Below are positions 50,168-58,376 of a stretch of 64,000 nt of DNA, piece after piece. The stretch's first letter is position 1, and the number at the start of each line of letters is the position of its first letter. A model generated the notes under the pieces. That model had not been told where the DNA came from and made no database searches. It saw nothing but the letters and a program-made list of their open reading frames with translations. The stretch comes from Dehalococcoidia bacterium (lineage in GTDB: Bacteria > Chloroflexota > Dehalococcoidia > UBA2979). The stretch is from the NCBI GenBank assembly GCA_028279505.1, contig JANQNP010000031.1:17413-81412 (forward strand). Reading direction: 5' to 3'. A program made the position numbers and the translations under genes.

Positions 50168-51502
50168 CTACCCACCCCCACCGGCGGGCGTGGCCTCGAG
50201 GTCCGTGCGGGCACGGAGGACGGGCGCGTAGCGCGCCGACAGCTGGCGTTCGCGAATCGTGAGTGACAGCAGCCCAGCACCGACGAGGGTGATCGCGCCG
50301 ACGGCGAACGGGATGTCGTAGCTCCCCCACGCGTCGAACGCGAGGCCGAACAACACCACCGCCAGGGCGCCGCCGAGCTGGTGCGCCATCAACGTCAGCC
50401 CCCCGAGCATGCCGATGTGCCGCAAGCCGTAGACGTCGGCGGTCAGCGAGGTCGTGAGCGGGACCGTCGCGAGCCACGAGGCGCCGCCGACGATCGCGAA
50501 GGTCCAGAGCGCTGCTGGTCCCGGCAGCGCGATCAGCGCGACGAACGCCGCCGCCCGGATCAGATACACGGCGCCGAGCAATGTCTTCCGCTGCATCCGG
50601 TCCGAAATCGAACCGATGAACAGCACGCTGGCCGCGTTGATCCCGCTCAGCAGCCCGAAGGCGAGCGCGGCGGTGCCGGGCGAGATGTCCTCGTCGCCTG
50701 CCCAGCGGACGAAGTGCACCGCGATGCTTGCGGTGGTGATGCCGCAGACGACGTACGCGATGGAGAGCTGCCACATCGGGGCCGACCGGTACGAGTCCTG
50801 CCAGCGCGCCGCGTCGAGCGGCCCGATCGGCACCGCGTCGGTGCCGGAGGCCGCGCGCTCCGCGACCTCCTCGTCGGTATCGCCGTCGGGGTGAAGGCCC
50901 ATGTCCGAGGGATCGCTGCGCACGATGCCCCAGAGCAACGGCACGCCGAGGACGAGCGTGATCACCCCGGCGACGACCCAGGCCGTCTGCCAATTCGTCG
51001 CCAGGAAGAGGTAGGTCAGGAACGGGATCAGCACGAGGCCGCCGACCGAACCGCCGGAGACCAGCAGGCTCATCGCGGTACCGCGCTGCCGCTGGAACCA
51101 GCGGACCACGAACACCCCGGTCATGCTCGGCGAGATGCCGCCGGCGGCCCACGAGATGATCACCCCGTAGAGCAGCGCGAGCATCCAGACGTTGGAGACG
51201 AACGCCATCGCGATGAACGCGACGCCCATGATGGTCATGCTCGCCAGCACCACCGGCCGCCCGCCGATCCGGTCGACCATCCGCCCGAAGAACGGCTGCG
51301 AGATCCCGTTGAGCAGCCAACCCACCGAGGCCGCGACCGAGATCGCCCCGACCGAGACCTCCCATTCCTCCTCCCACGTCTCCACGAAGACGCCGAAGGC
51401 CTGCCGGGTGCCCACGACGAGCAGCGTCGCGAAGAACAGTGCGCCGACGATGTACCAGCCGTAGAAGGTCTGGCCGGAGGACTGGGGCTGTTCAGCGGTC
51501 AC
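50168..51502 (-). CDS. MFS transporter (OFA-like)
   Basis: 12-TM pattern from FYGWYIVGALFFATLLVVG onward. Start uncertain: GTG at 51502 (VTAEQPQSS), or upstream to about 51613. The listed 631-aa ORF overlaps the divergent gene. Confidence 0.75.
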   Translation of the reverse strand: MTAEQPQSSGQTFYGWYIVGALFFATLLVVGTRQAFGVFVETWEEEWEVSVGAISVAASVGWLLNGISQPFFGRMVDRIGGRPVVLASMTIMGVAFIAMAFVSNVWMLALLYGVIISWAAGGISPSMTGVFVVRWFQRQRGTAMSLLVSGGSVGGLVLIPFLTYLFLATNWQTAWVVAGVITLVLGVPLLWGIVRSDPSDMGLHPDGDTDEEVAERAASGTDAVPIGPLDAARWQDSYRSAPMWQLSIAYVVCGITTASIAVHFVRWAGDEDISPGTAALAFGLLSGINAASVLFIGSISDRMQRKTLLGAVYLIRAAAFVALIALPGPAALWTFAIVGGASWLATVPLTTSLTADVYGLRHIGMLGGLTLMAHQLGGALAVVLFGLAFDAWGSYDIPFAVGAITLVGAGLLSLTIRERQLSARYAPVLRARTDLEATPAGGGG

Positions 51503-51661
51503 GAATGGCGCCGGGCTCTCTGGAATCACGTACGCGAAGGAACTGACAGCGTACCTCGCGAGTGGGACCTCGCTGCACGGTCGCGGCACCTCGGGCGTCG
51601 CGGTGGTTCCCATCCGCCGCTGTCCGGGCGACCATTGATGGGCGGGTGGTCGGGAGGACAC

Positions 51662-51982
51662 ATGGAAGCGCCCGAACTGGTCGCCCTGCTGGGAGTCGGT
51701 CTCGCCGCCGGCTGGATCGCGAGCCGGATCGTGACCGGCAAGGGGCGAAGCGTCCTCGGGAGCCTCGTGATCGGCGTCCTCGGGGCCTACATCGGCCCGC
51801 TGCTGCTCGAGGCGGCGGACATCGAGCCGCCGGCCGATCTGCTCGGCTCGGTGGTCACGGCGGTGATCGGAGCCGGCGCGTTGCTGATCGCGGCGCAGGT
51901 GATCGGGTCGCTCAAGCTCGTGATCGTGGGCGCGGTCATCGCCCTCTTCGTCCTCGGTGGCGTCACCATCTCTACGAACTAG
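51662..51982 (+). CDS. GlsB/YeaQ/YmgE family stress-response membrane protein
   Basis: MEAPELVALLGVGLAAGWIASRIVTGKGRSVLGSLVIGVLGAYIG. ATG 4 nt after GGGAGGA. 106 aa. Confidence 0.75.
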   Translation: MEAPELVALLGVGLAAGWIASRIVTGKGRSVLGSLVIGVLGAYIGPLLLEAADIEPPADLLGSVVTAVIGAGALLIAAQVIGSLKLVIVGAVIALFVLGGVTISTN

Positions 51983-52091
51983 CCGCACGTGACCAACGGC
52001 GGGCCGTCCCGTCGCCGGCTCGCGGTCCGCGTCACCGCCTGCTCGTACCCTGTGTGAGACCACGGTGGACGATGGCTCAGGAGGTGTGGCG

Positions 52092-53150
52092 ATGGCCCTG
52101 TTCGACCGGATGGCCGTCGAGGGCCACGAGTCCGTCCATGTCCGTCACGACGAGCGCTCCGGACTGCGCGCCATCGTCGCCATCCACTCCACTGTGCTCG
52201 GCCCCAGCCTGGGTGGCACCCGCTGGTACCCCTACCCGAGCGAGGACGAGGCTCTCGAGGATGTGCTCCGCCTCTCCTCGGCGATGACCGCCAAGGCCGC
52301 CGTCGCCGGACTCGACCTCGGCGGTGGCAAGGCCGTCGTGATCGGCGACCCGCACGCCAAGACCCCCGCCCAGCTCGAGGCGTACGCCCGCTTCATCGAC
52401 GACCTCGGCGGCCGCTACGTCACCACCACGGATGTCGGCACGACTACCGCCGAGATGGACACCATCCGAGGCCTCACCCCCCACGTCGTGGGCGTCTCGC
52501 CGTCGCTCGGCGGCGGTGGCGACACCTCCGAACTCACCGCGCTCACGATCACCGAGGGCATGCGCGCTGCCCTCGATGTTGCCTTTGGCAGCGACAACTT
52601 CGAGGGTCGGCACATCCTCGTGCTGGGCGTCGGCAAGGTCGGTGCGAAGGTCGCGCGGATCGCGAAGGAGCGCGGCGCCCGCGTGTCGATCGCGGACGTG
52701 CGCGCCGACGCCGTCGCCGAGCTGGCTGCGGAGCTGCAGGTCGGCGCGGTCGATCCAGATGCCGTCATCGAGACCGAGTGCGACGTGCTCTCCCCAAACG
52801 CCCTCGGAGGTTTGCTCAACCCCGACACCATCCCGCTGCTCCGCTGCCGCGTCATCTGCGGCGGCGCGAACAACCAGCTTCAGAACGACCCGGAGGACGC
52901 GCGCTACCTCGCGGCGCGGGGCATCCTCTACGCCCCGGACTACGTCGTGAACAGCGGCGGCGTCATCAGCGCCGCCGTCGAGCGCGACGGCTTCGACGAC
53001 GACCGCGCCCGCGAGATCGCCGGCCGCGTCTACGACACCACCCGCTCGGTCCTCACCACCTCCCGCGCCGAGGGCATCTCCACCGCCGAGGCGGCCCAGA
53101 ACCTCTGGCAAGCCCGCCTCGCCGAGGCAGGAGCGGACGCCGCGGGCTAG
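52092..53150 (+). CDS. Leu/Val (Glu/Leu/Phe/Val family) dehydrogenase
   Basis: GPSLGGTRWYPY, GLDLGGGKAVVIGDP (catalytic Lys) and VLGVGKVGAKVA Rossmann motif. Confidence 0.85.
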   Translation: MALFDRMAVEGHESVHVRHDERSGLRAIVAIHSTVLGPSLGGTRWYPYPSEDEALEDVLRLSSAMTAKAAVAGLDLGGGKAVVIGDPHAKTPAQLEAYARFIDDLGGRYVTTTDVGTTTAEMDTIRGLTPHVVGVSPSLGGGGDTSELTALTITEGMRAALDVAFGSDNFEGRHILVLGVGKVGAKVARIAKERGARVSIADVRADAVAELAAELQVGAVDPDAVIETECDVLSPNALGGLLNPDTIPLLRCRVICGGANNQLQNDPEDARYLAARGILYAPDYVVNSGGVISAAVERDGFDDDRAREIAGRVYDTTRSVLTTSRAEGISTAEAAQNLWQARLAEAGADAAG

Positions 53151-53228
53151 CCTAATGTCGCAGGCGTGGCCCCAACGAGCCGCGACTGGGCGCGGCGCAG
53201 ATGTCTCTATGAGTGTTAGGCCGCTCCA

Positions 53229-53921
53229 ATGAGTTCTGCCGTCGGGATTGCGCTGGCCTTCACGCTGGCTTCGCTGCCGTTCTTGATCGTCTTTGGGCGG
53301 TGGTCTTCATGGCTTCGTGGAGGAACTAGCGCAAGCGGCACTGCACTCTTCCTGTCGCTTGGGTGTCTGGTATGGATCAGCAACGATGTCTTCCTAAGCC
53401 ACCGAGTTAGAACCATCTTCGCGGGCGGACTGATCGAGTTCATAGGACTCATCATGGCGGTCTGGCCCGACGTTGAGGTTCGTGTGCGCGCGCCCGTCGG
53501 GCGTCTCGGCACAACTGCCGGTCGAGGCTGGTCTCGTGTCCGAGCGCTTGTCCGCGGCTCGGCGCAACGAAGGAGGCGAGCGTCAGCGGCGGTTGTCGTC
53601 TGCGTGAGAGAGGGATGGCGTCGGCTTCGGAGGCAGCCGCGAATCTACGGAATAATCGGAAACGTGGCGCTGTCGATTACACCTGAGGGGCAGATGGAGT
53701 ATCGCCCGGCACCTGCAGCTGAGCTCGTGTTGAACGCCCGGGTCGAGCAGATAGAGGCCAGACTGATGGACCTCGGCTCGCGGGTCGACTCGCTCCAGAG
53801 CGTATGGCGCGAAGACATCGCGTCTGCTGCGAGTCGGCAGATCAACCTTCGAGTGACGGGCGTCGTGCTCCTCCTGCTTGGAATCCTTGTCACCGTCGCC
53901 GGCAACCTCATGCCGGTGTAG
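53229..53921 (+). CDS. hypothetical membrane protein in a low-GC islet (possibly composite or decayed)
   Basis: 230-aa ORF: three N-terminal TM helices, an Arg-rich high-GC middle (RRRRASAAVVVCVREGWRRLRRQ), then a helical segment and a C-terminal TM VTGVVLLLLGILVTVAGNL. An in-frame ATG at 53694 follows GAGGGG. Confidence 0.4.
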   Translation: MSSAVGIALAFTLASLPFLIVFGRWSSWLRGGTSASGTALFLSLGCLVWISNDVFLSHRVRTIFAGGLIEFIGLIMAVWPDVEVRVRAPVGRLGTTAGRGWSRVRALVRGSAQRRRRASAAVVVCVREGWRRLRRQPRIYGIIGNVALSITPEGQMEYRPAPAAELVLNARVEQIEARLMDLGSRVDSLQSVWREDIASAASRQINLRVTGVVLLLLGILVTVAGNLMPV

Positions 53922-53990
53922 TGAACCACTGGTGGTGGCCGCTAGCTGCTACCGTCACGCCTCCACAGTGAGCGAATCGAGGAGCGGCCC

Positions 53991-54794
53991 ATGGAGGATC
54001 TGACCGGCAAAGTCGCGGTGGTCACCGGTGCCGGCGACGGCATCGGGCGCGGCATCGCCCACGCCCTCGCCGAGGCCGGCGCGAAGGTCGCGATCGTCGA
54101 TATCGACCGGGAGGCGGCGGACCGCGTCGCCCTCGAGATCGAGGGTTCCGAGGCCTTCCAAGCCGACGTCACCGACGCCGACGCGATGAACGTCGCCGCC
54201 GAGGCCATCGAAGCATCGATGGGCCCCGTCTCGATCCTCTGCAACAACGCCGGCGTCATGCTCGAGGGCAAGTTCCTCGACGCCCCGATCACGGACTGGC
54301 AGTGGGTGTTTGGCGTGAACCTGTACGGCGTCGTCAACGGCGTGCAGACGTTCGTTCCGAGGATGCGTGCCCACGGCGGCGAGGCGCACATCGTGAACAC
54401 CGGCTCGATGGCTGGGCTGGCCCCGCGGCTGCACATGACGCTCGGCATCTACAGCGCCTCGAAGGCCGCCGTCGTCAGCTACTCCGAGATGCTCCGCTCG
54501 CAGCTCGCCGACGACGGGATCGGCGTCTCGGTGCTCTGTCCCTCGACGGTGAGCACCCGCATCTGGGAGGCCAACCGCAACCGCCCCGAAGAGTTCGGGC
54601 CCGGCGAGGCCGTCCCCCGTCCCGACCGCGTCAACAACGCGATCGACGGCATGGACGTCGGGCCGCTGGTCGTTCGAGGCATCCTCGAGGACCGCACCTA
54701 CATCTTCACCAGCGACGACGCCCGCTCGCGCGTCGAAACGCGCACCGCCGCTATCCTCGAAGACGTGGCCCGTCACGAGGCGGACGCCGAGTGA
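53991..54794 (+). CDS. short-chain dehydrogenase/reductase (SDR)
   Basis: VVTGAGDGIGRGIA, NNAG and YSASKAAV (YxxxK). Confidence 0.9.
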   Translation: MEDLTGKVAVVTGAGDGIGRGIAHALAEAGAKVAIVDIDREAADRVALEIEGSEAFQADVTDADAMNVAAEAIEASMGPVSILCNNAGVMLEGKFLDAPITDWQWVFGVNLYGVVNGVQTFVPRMRAHGGEAHIVNTGSMAGLAPRLHMTLGIYSASKAAVVSYSEMLRSQLADDGIGVSVLCPSTVSTRIWEANRNRPEEFGPGEAVPRPDRVNNAIDGMDVGPLVVRGILEDRTYIFTSDDARSRVETRTAAILEDVARHEADAE

Positions 54795-54870
54795 CATCGT
54801 GAAGTCACGGTCACGAGGCGGACGCCGACTGACATCGTGAAGTCACAGTCACGAGGCCGACGCGAACTGA
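54772..54870. repeat. 38-bp tandem direct repeat, about 2.6 copies
   Basis: Unit GTCACGAGGCGGACGCCGAGTGACATCGTGAAGTCACG at 54772-54809 and 54810-54847 (2 mismatches), with a partial third copy at 54848-54870. The first unit contains the SDR stop codon. Each full unit holds GTGAC-N8-GTCAC. Confidence 0.85.
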
Positions 54871-54907
54871 GGCGTCGCACCCTCGAACCGATCGAACGGA
54901 GCCCTTG

Positions 54908-55933
54908 ATGCAGTTCGCCGCCTTCGCCCTCGCCGGTTCGTCTGCGCGCGAAGACCCCGAGGTCATCTTCAAGCGGGTGGTCGAGTACGCCATCGAGGCT
55001 GAGGAGCTTGGCTACGACGCGGTCTGGTTCGCGGAGCACCACTTCTCGAACTACGGCTACATCCCGAACCCGCTGCTGATGGCGACGAAGATCGCCGCGG
55101 AGACCTCGAAGATTCGCGTCGGCACGGCGGTGCTCGTCCTGCCGTTCTGGGATCCGCTCCGCGTCGCCGAGGACATCGCCCTTACCGACCAGCTCACCGG
55201 CGGCCGCCTCGAGGTGGGCGTCGCGCGCGGCTACCAGCCGTTCGAGTTCCGCCGCTGGGGCCTCTCGATGGACGATGCGCGGGACCGCACGCAGGAGTCG
55301 CTCGAGATCATCCTCCGCGCCCTCTCCGGCGAGGCCGTCGACTACGAGGGGCAGTTCCACGAGATCCCCGAGACGACGCTCTATCCGACGCCGTTCCAGA
55401 AGCCGGGCCCGCCGATCTGGCTGGCCGCCACCACGCAGGAGTCGTTCGACATCGGTCGGCAGTACGGCCTGAAGTCGCTGACCTCTCAGTCGGGACGTCC
55501 GGTCAGCGTCCTCGAGGCGGCGTGGTCCAACTTCCAGAACTCGCGCAAGAAGTACCCCGACTCCCCCGCCGAGTTCGGCGTCCAGGGCCAGGTCGTCGTC
55601 ACCCCGACCGAGGACGAGTCGCGCCAGCAGATGGAACACTTCCTCTACCAGTCGCGCCAGGCCACCAACCTGCGCCACGGCCGCGAGCATGTGGTGTCGG
55701 GCGTCTCCGAACCGCTTCCCTTCGAGGGTGAACCGGACCTCGATGAGATGTTCGAGAACCGGACGCTGTCCGGCACGCCGCCCTCGGTGATCCGCAAGCT
55801 GAAGCGCTACACCGACATCGCCGACATCAACATGCTGAGCTGCGTGATGCACGGCGGTGGGATGACCCACGACACCGTCATGCAGTCGCTCCGCCTCTTC
55901 GCCAAGGAAGTGATGCCCGCGTTCAGGGACTAG
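54908..55933 (+). CDS. LLM class flavin-dependent oxidoreductase
   Basis: ATG 6 nt after GGAG. ELGYDAVWFAEHHFSNYGYIPNP and TGGRLEVGVARGY. Confidence 0.85.
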   Translation: MQFAAFALAGSSAREDPEVIFKRVVEYAIEAEELGYDAVWFAEHHFSNYGYIPNPLLMATKIAAETSKIRVGTAVLVLPFWDPLRVAEDIALTDQLTGGRLEVGVARGYQPFEFRRWGLSMDDARDRTQESLEIILRALSGEAVDYEGQFHEIPETTLYPTPFQKPGPPIWLAATTQESFDIGRQYGLKSLTSQSGRPVSVLEAAWSNFQNSRKKYPDSPAEFGVQGQVVVTPTEDESRQQMEHFLYQSRQATNLRHGREHVVSGVSEPLPFEGEPDLDEMFENRTLSGTPPSVIRKLKRYTDIADINMLSCVMHGGGMTHDTVMQSLRLFAKEVMPAFRD

Positions 55934-55940
55934 GCGACCG

Positions 55941-56045
55941 CTACTCGATCACCCGCACCGGCGAGCCAGCGAGATATCCGAGGATGTTCTCGATCGCATC
56001 GGCGTAGAACACTCCGTACGTCTCCTCGGTGACCTGCCCAAGGTG
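55941..56045 (-). pseudogene. orphan copy of the last 34 codons plus stop of a D-2-hydroxyacid dehydrogenase gene
   Basis: Reads HLGQVTEETYGVFYADAIENILGYLAGSPVRVIE*, against HIGYVTEETYAVFYADAVENILGYLAGSPVRVIE* at the end of the intact gene (57387-57491). There is no upstream coding continuation. Confidence 0.8.
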
Positions 56046-56095
56046 TCAGGTAGAAGGAGCGAAACTCGTCTGTTGATCCGCTAGTCTCACCGCGC

Positions 56096-56875
56096 TTGAG
56101 TTGTATCAGCTGGGTGAGGTGCCCCATCGCTGAGACTAAAACATCAGCCACGCTCGTTGAGAAGGTTGTTGGCCATCGCGAGCCCGGGTTTTGTATCTAC
56201 CGAAACCAACCGTTCGTTCTTGCCGGTGCGAGGTTCCTTTCCGGGGACCGCATCGTGGCGTTCCCGGCGATTCTCGCAGTTCTGCTGCTTCCTAAGCTCA
56301 TCTTGTCGGCAGCTGGCGGAGCGCTAAGGTCTCCGGTCGAAAACATCGGTGCGGACCTTCAGGGCTTCGTCTTTCAGTCTGAGTTTCCGACACCCGAAGA
56401 GGCCGTCCCGCTACTTCGCGACTACGCGGATATCGCAATTACGCTCCTTATGGCGGCGCATGCAGCGCACATGATCGGCCAATGGCATCGGCTGTCGAAT
56501 CTGCCGGACACCTTGACGGGAGCTGGATTGCTCCCAGCCATCGACATCAGCCGCTTCGAGCGTTGGTTCAACCATCCGCTCAATGAGTTGTTCGCAGCAC
56601 TGATAGCGACAGCGTTGACCGCGGCCATCGTCGGATCACTAGAGCGTGACGGGCTGTATCCGTCGCTCGCGCCGGAAGCCGTTCGTGGGGCCGACCTCTA
56701 TGCCGGCTGGTGGGCGCAGCCTCGCGAGCACCCAGCGGCGTTCGCTTTCCAGCTAGCCTTCTACTGGCTTTCGTTCTACTTGATTGTCCGGCACCTGATG
56801 ATGGGCGTCTGGGCTGTGGCCCTGATTCAGCACGTGCGGCAGCGATCAAGAACAGCTGAGGGCCAATGGCTGTGA
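56096..56875 (+). CDS. hypothetical polytopic membrane protein (islet cargo 1)
   Basis: 259-codon ORF with a TTG start; alternative GTG at 56255. Several TM helices (FPAILAVLLLPKLILSAAG, LFAALIATALTAAIVG, FAFQLAFYWLSFYLIVRHLMMGVWAVALI). Low GC. Ends at TGA 56873-56875, which is in frame with the next ORF. Confidence 0.5.
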   Translation: MSCISWVRCPIAETKTSATLVEKVVGHREPGFCIYRNQPFVLAGARFLSGDRIVAFPAILAVLLLPKLILSAAGGALRSPVENIGADLQGFVFQSEFPTPEEAVPLLRDYADIAITLLMAAHAAHMIGQWHRLSNLPDTLTGAGLLPAIDISRFERWFNHPLNELFAALIATALTAAIVGSLERDGLYPSLAPEAVRGADLYAGWWAQPREHPAAFAFQLAFYWLSFYLIVRHLMMGVWAVALIQHVRQRSRTAEGQWL

Positions 56876-56941
56876 TACCCGTCGGTATGGGACGACGGCG
56901 CTGCGGCGGTCGCCGAGACGCGAGAGGCGCTCTCGGACATA

Positions 56942-57322
56942 GTGGTGTCACTTGGCCTCTTGCTGTTCGCTTTGCTCGCACTCGCCTCTTACATCGCTGT
57001 CCCGTCGATCGTCATCGTCGTCCTAGTGGCACCCGCATACTTGATTCTGACTCCGCTGTTTCTGGTGATGCCGACGGTTGAGTTCAATCGACAGCTCAGG
57101 ATGAGTCGACGGCGGCACATTGCCGCATCACTTGAGCAGGCGCGAATCGCGGTCACGTCGAGCGCGGGATCTGCGAATCAGGAGACGACCTCAAGGCTCG
57201 AAGCGGCTCGATTTCGACTCCAGCGAGCGGAAGCTCTCCCGGAGCATGCAGTGCGTTGGAGCGCCTTCGCCGCAAACGGGGTGATCTACTTCGTTCCGCT
57301 GGTCGGGTTGATACTCCGCTGA
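56942..57322 (+). CDS. hypothetical membrane protein (islet cargo 2, same frame as cargo 1)
   Basis: GTG start. Two N-terminal TM helices, a helical Arg-rich segment and a C-terminal TM GVIYFVPLVGLIL. The 22 codons between 56876 and 56941 are open in the same frame. Confidence 0.45.
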   Translation: MVSLGLLLFALLALASYIAVPSIVIVVLVAPAYLILTPLFLVMPTVEFNRQLRMSRRRHIAASLEQARIAVTSSAGSANQETTSRLEAARFRLQRAEALPEHAVRWSAFAANGVIYFVPLVGLILR

Positions 57323-57386
57323 TGCAGTAAGTGACCGTGAGGGCGTTCAAGACTCTCGGCTAGCAAGGGTGTGACTGCCCTCGTAG

Positions 57387-58346
57387 CTACTCGATCACCC
57401 GCACGGGCGAGCCAGCGAGATACCCGAGGATGTTCTCGACCGCGTCCGCGTAGAATACGGCGTACGTCTCCTCGGTCACGTACCCGATGTGCGGCGTGAG
57501 CACGACGTTGTCGAGGCCGATCAGCGGGTGGCCGTCCGGCAGCGGCTCCACATCGAAGACGTCGAGCCCCGCGCCCGCGATCGTCCCCGCGCGCAGCGCC
57601 GCGACCAGCGCACCCTCGTCGACGATCGGGCCCCTCGAGGTGTTGACGAGGTACGCATCGCTCCCGAGCCGTGCCAGCTCCGAGGCGCCGATCAGTCCTC
57701 GCGTTCGCTCGGACAGTACGAGGTGGATCGTCGCGACGTCGGCTCGCTCCAGTAGCTCGTCGAGGCTGGAGGCCAGCTCGACACCGACCTCGTCAGTGCG
57801 CTCGCGAGTGAGGTTCTGACTCCAGGCCAGCACCGGCATCCCGAAGGCGAGGCCGACCGCCGCGACTTTCGAGCCGAGGCGCCCGAGGCCGATCACGCCC
57901 AGCGTCTTGTCGCCGAGGTCGCGGCCGATCCCGGTTTGCCAGCGTCCGTCTCCGATCGCCGAATGCTCCGCTGGGATCCGGCGCATCAGCGCGAGGATCA
58001 GGCCCCAGGTCAGCTCGGAGGTCGCGGACCCTCGGCTGCCGGTTCCGCACACCGTGACTCCCGCGTCCCGCAACGCATCGAGGTCGAACGACGCGTTCCT
58101 CGCGCCGGTGGTGATCAGGAGCTTGAGGTTGGGCAGCCGCTCTACGAGTGAGCGCGGGAACGGGGTGCGCTCGCGCATCGCGACGACGATCTCGAACGCG
58201 GTGAGGCGGTCGGCGAGTGCGTCCTCCTGAGCGAGGTGGTCCTGGAAGACCTCGATGGCGTCGATCGCGGCGTGGGCCTGGACGGGCGCCCAATCAGCCG
58301 AGGTGAGTGCGACGTCCTGGTAGTCGTCGAGGATCGCGACGCGCAT
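57387..58346 (-). CDS. D-isomer-specific 2-hydroxyacid dehydrogenase (NAD-binding)
   Basis: LGVIGLGRLGSKVA Rossmann motif, NTSRGPIVDE, and TPHIGYVT (catalytic His). Confidence 0.9.
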   Translation of the reverse strand: MRVAILDDYQDVALTSADWAPVQAHAAIDAIEVFQDHLAQEDALADRLTAFEIVVAMRERTPFPRSLVERLPNLKLLITTGARNASFDLDALRDAGVTVCGTGSRGSATSELTWGLILALMRRIPAEHSAIGDGRWQTGIGRDLGDKTLGVIGLGRLGSKVAAVGLAFGMPVLAWSQNLTRERTDEVGVELASSLDELLERADVATIHLVLSERTRGLIGASELARLGSDAYLVNTSRGPIVDEGALVAALRAGTIAGAGLDVFDVEPLPDGHPLIGLDNVVLTPHIGYVTEETYAVFYADAVENILGYLAGSPVRVIE

Positions 58347-58376
58347 GGTTCGGTCCTCCGGCGATCGGGTGGTGGG

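Larger units (their letters stand above)
55941..57491. mobile_element. putative integrated-element remnant bounded by ~105-bp diverged direct repeats
   Basis: Direct repeats at 55941-56045 and 57387-57491 (about 13 mismatches by hand alignment) flank 1.34 kb of visibly lower GC that carries two membrane ORFs. No recombinase gene inside. Confidence 0.45.

Noticed and set aside
54772-54870. Tandem repeats considered as a mini CRISPR array.
   Set aside because: The units are directly adjacent with no spacers. There are only 2.6 copies, they overlap a gene's 3' end, and no cas genes are in the window.
55930-56151. 73-aa minus-strand ORF listed in the track.
   Set aside because: It reads the dehydrogenase 3'-end remnant in the wrong frame and continues into islet DNA. 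The remnant's homologous frame has no start codon, so I call a pseudogene fragment instead.
56873-56875. In-frame TGA between the two islet ORFs as a selenocysteine codon.
   Set aside because: I see no convincing SECIS-like hairpin immediately downstream, there are no sel genes in the window, and no Cys-containing redox context. A nonsense mutation or two separate genes is more parsimonious.
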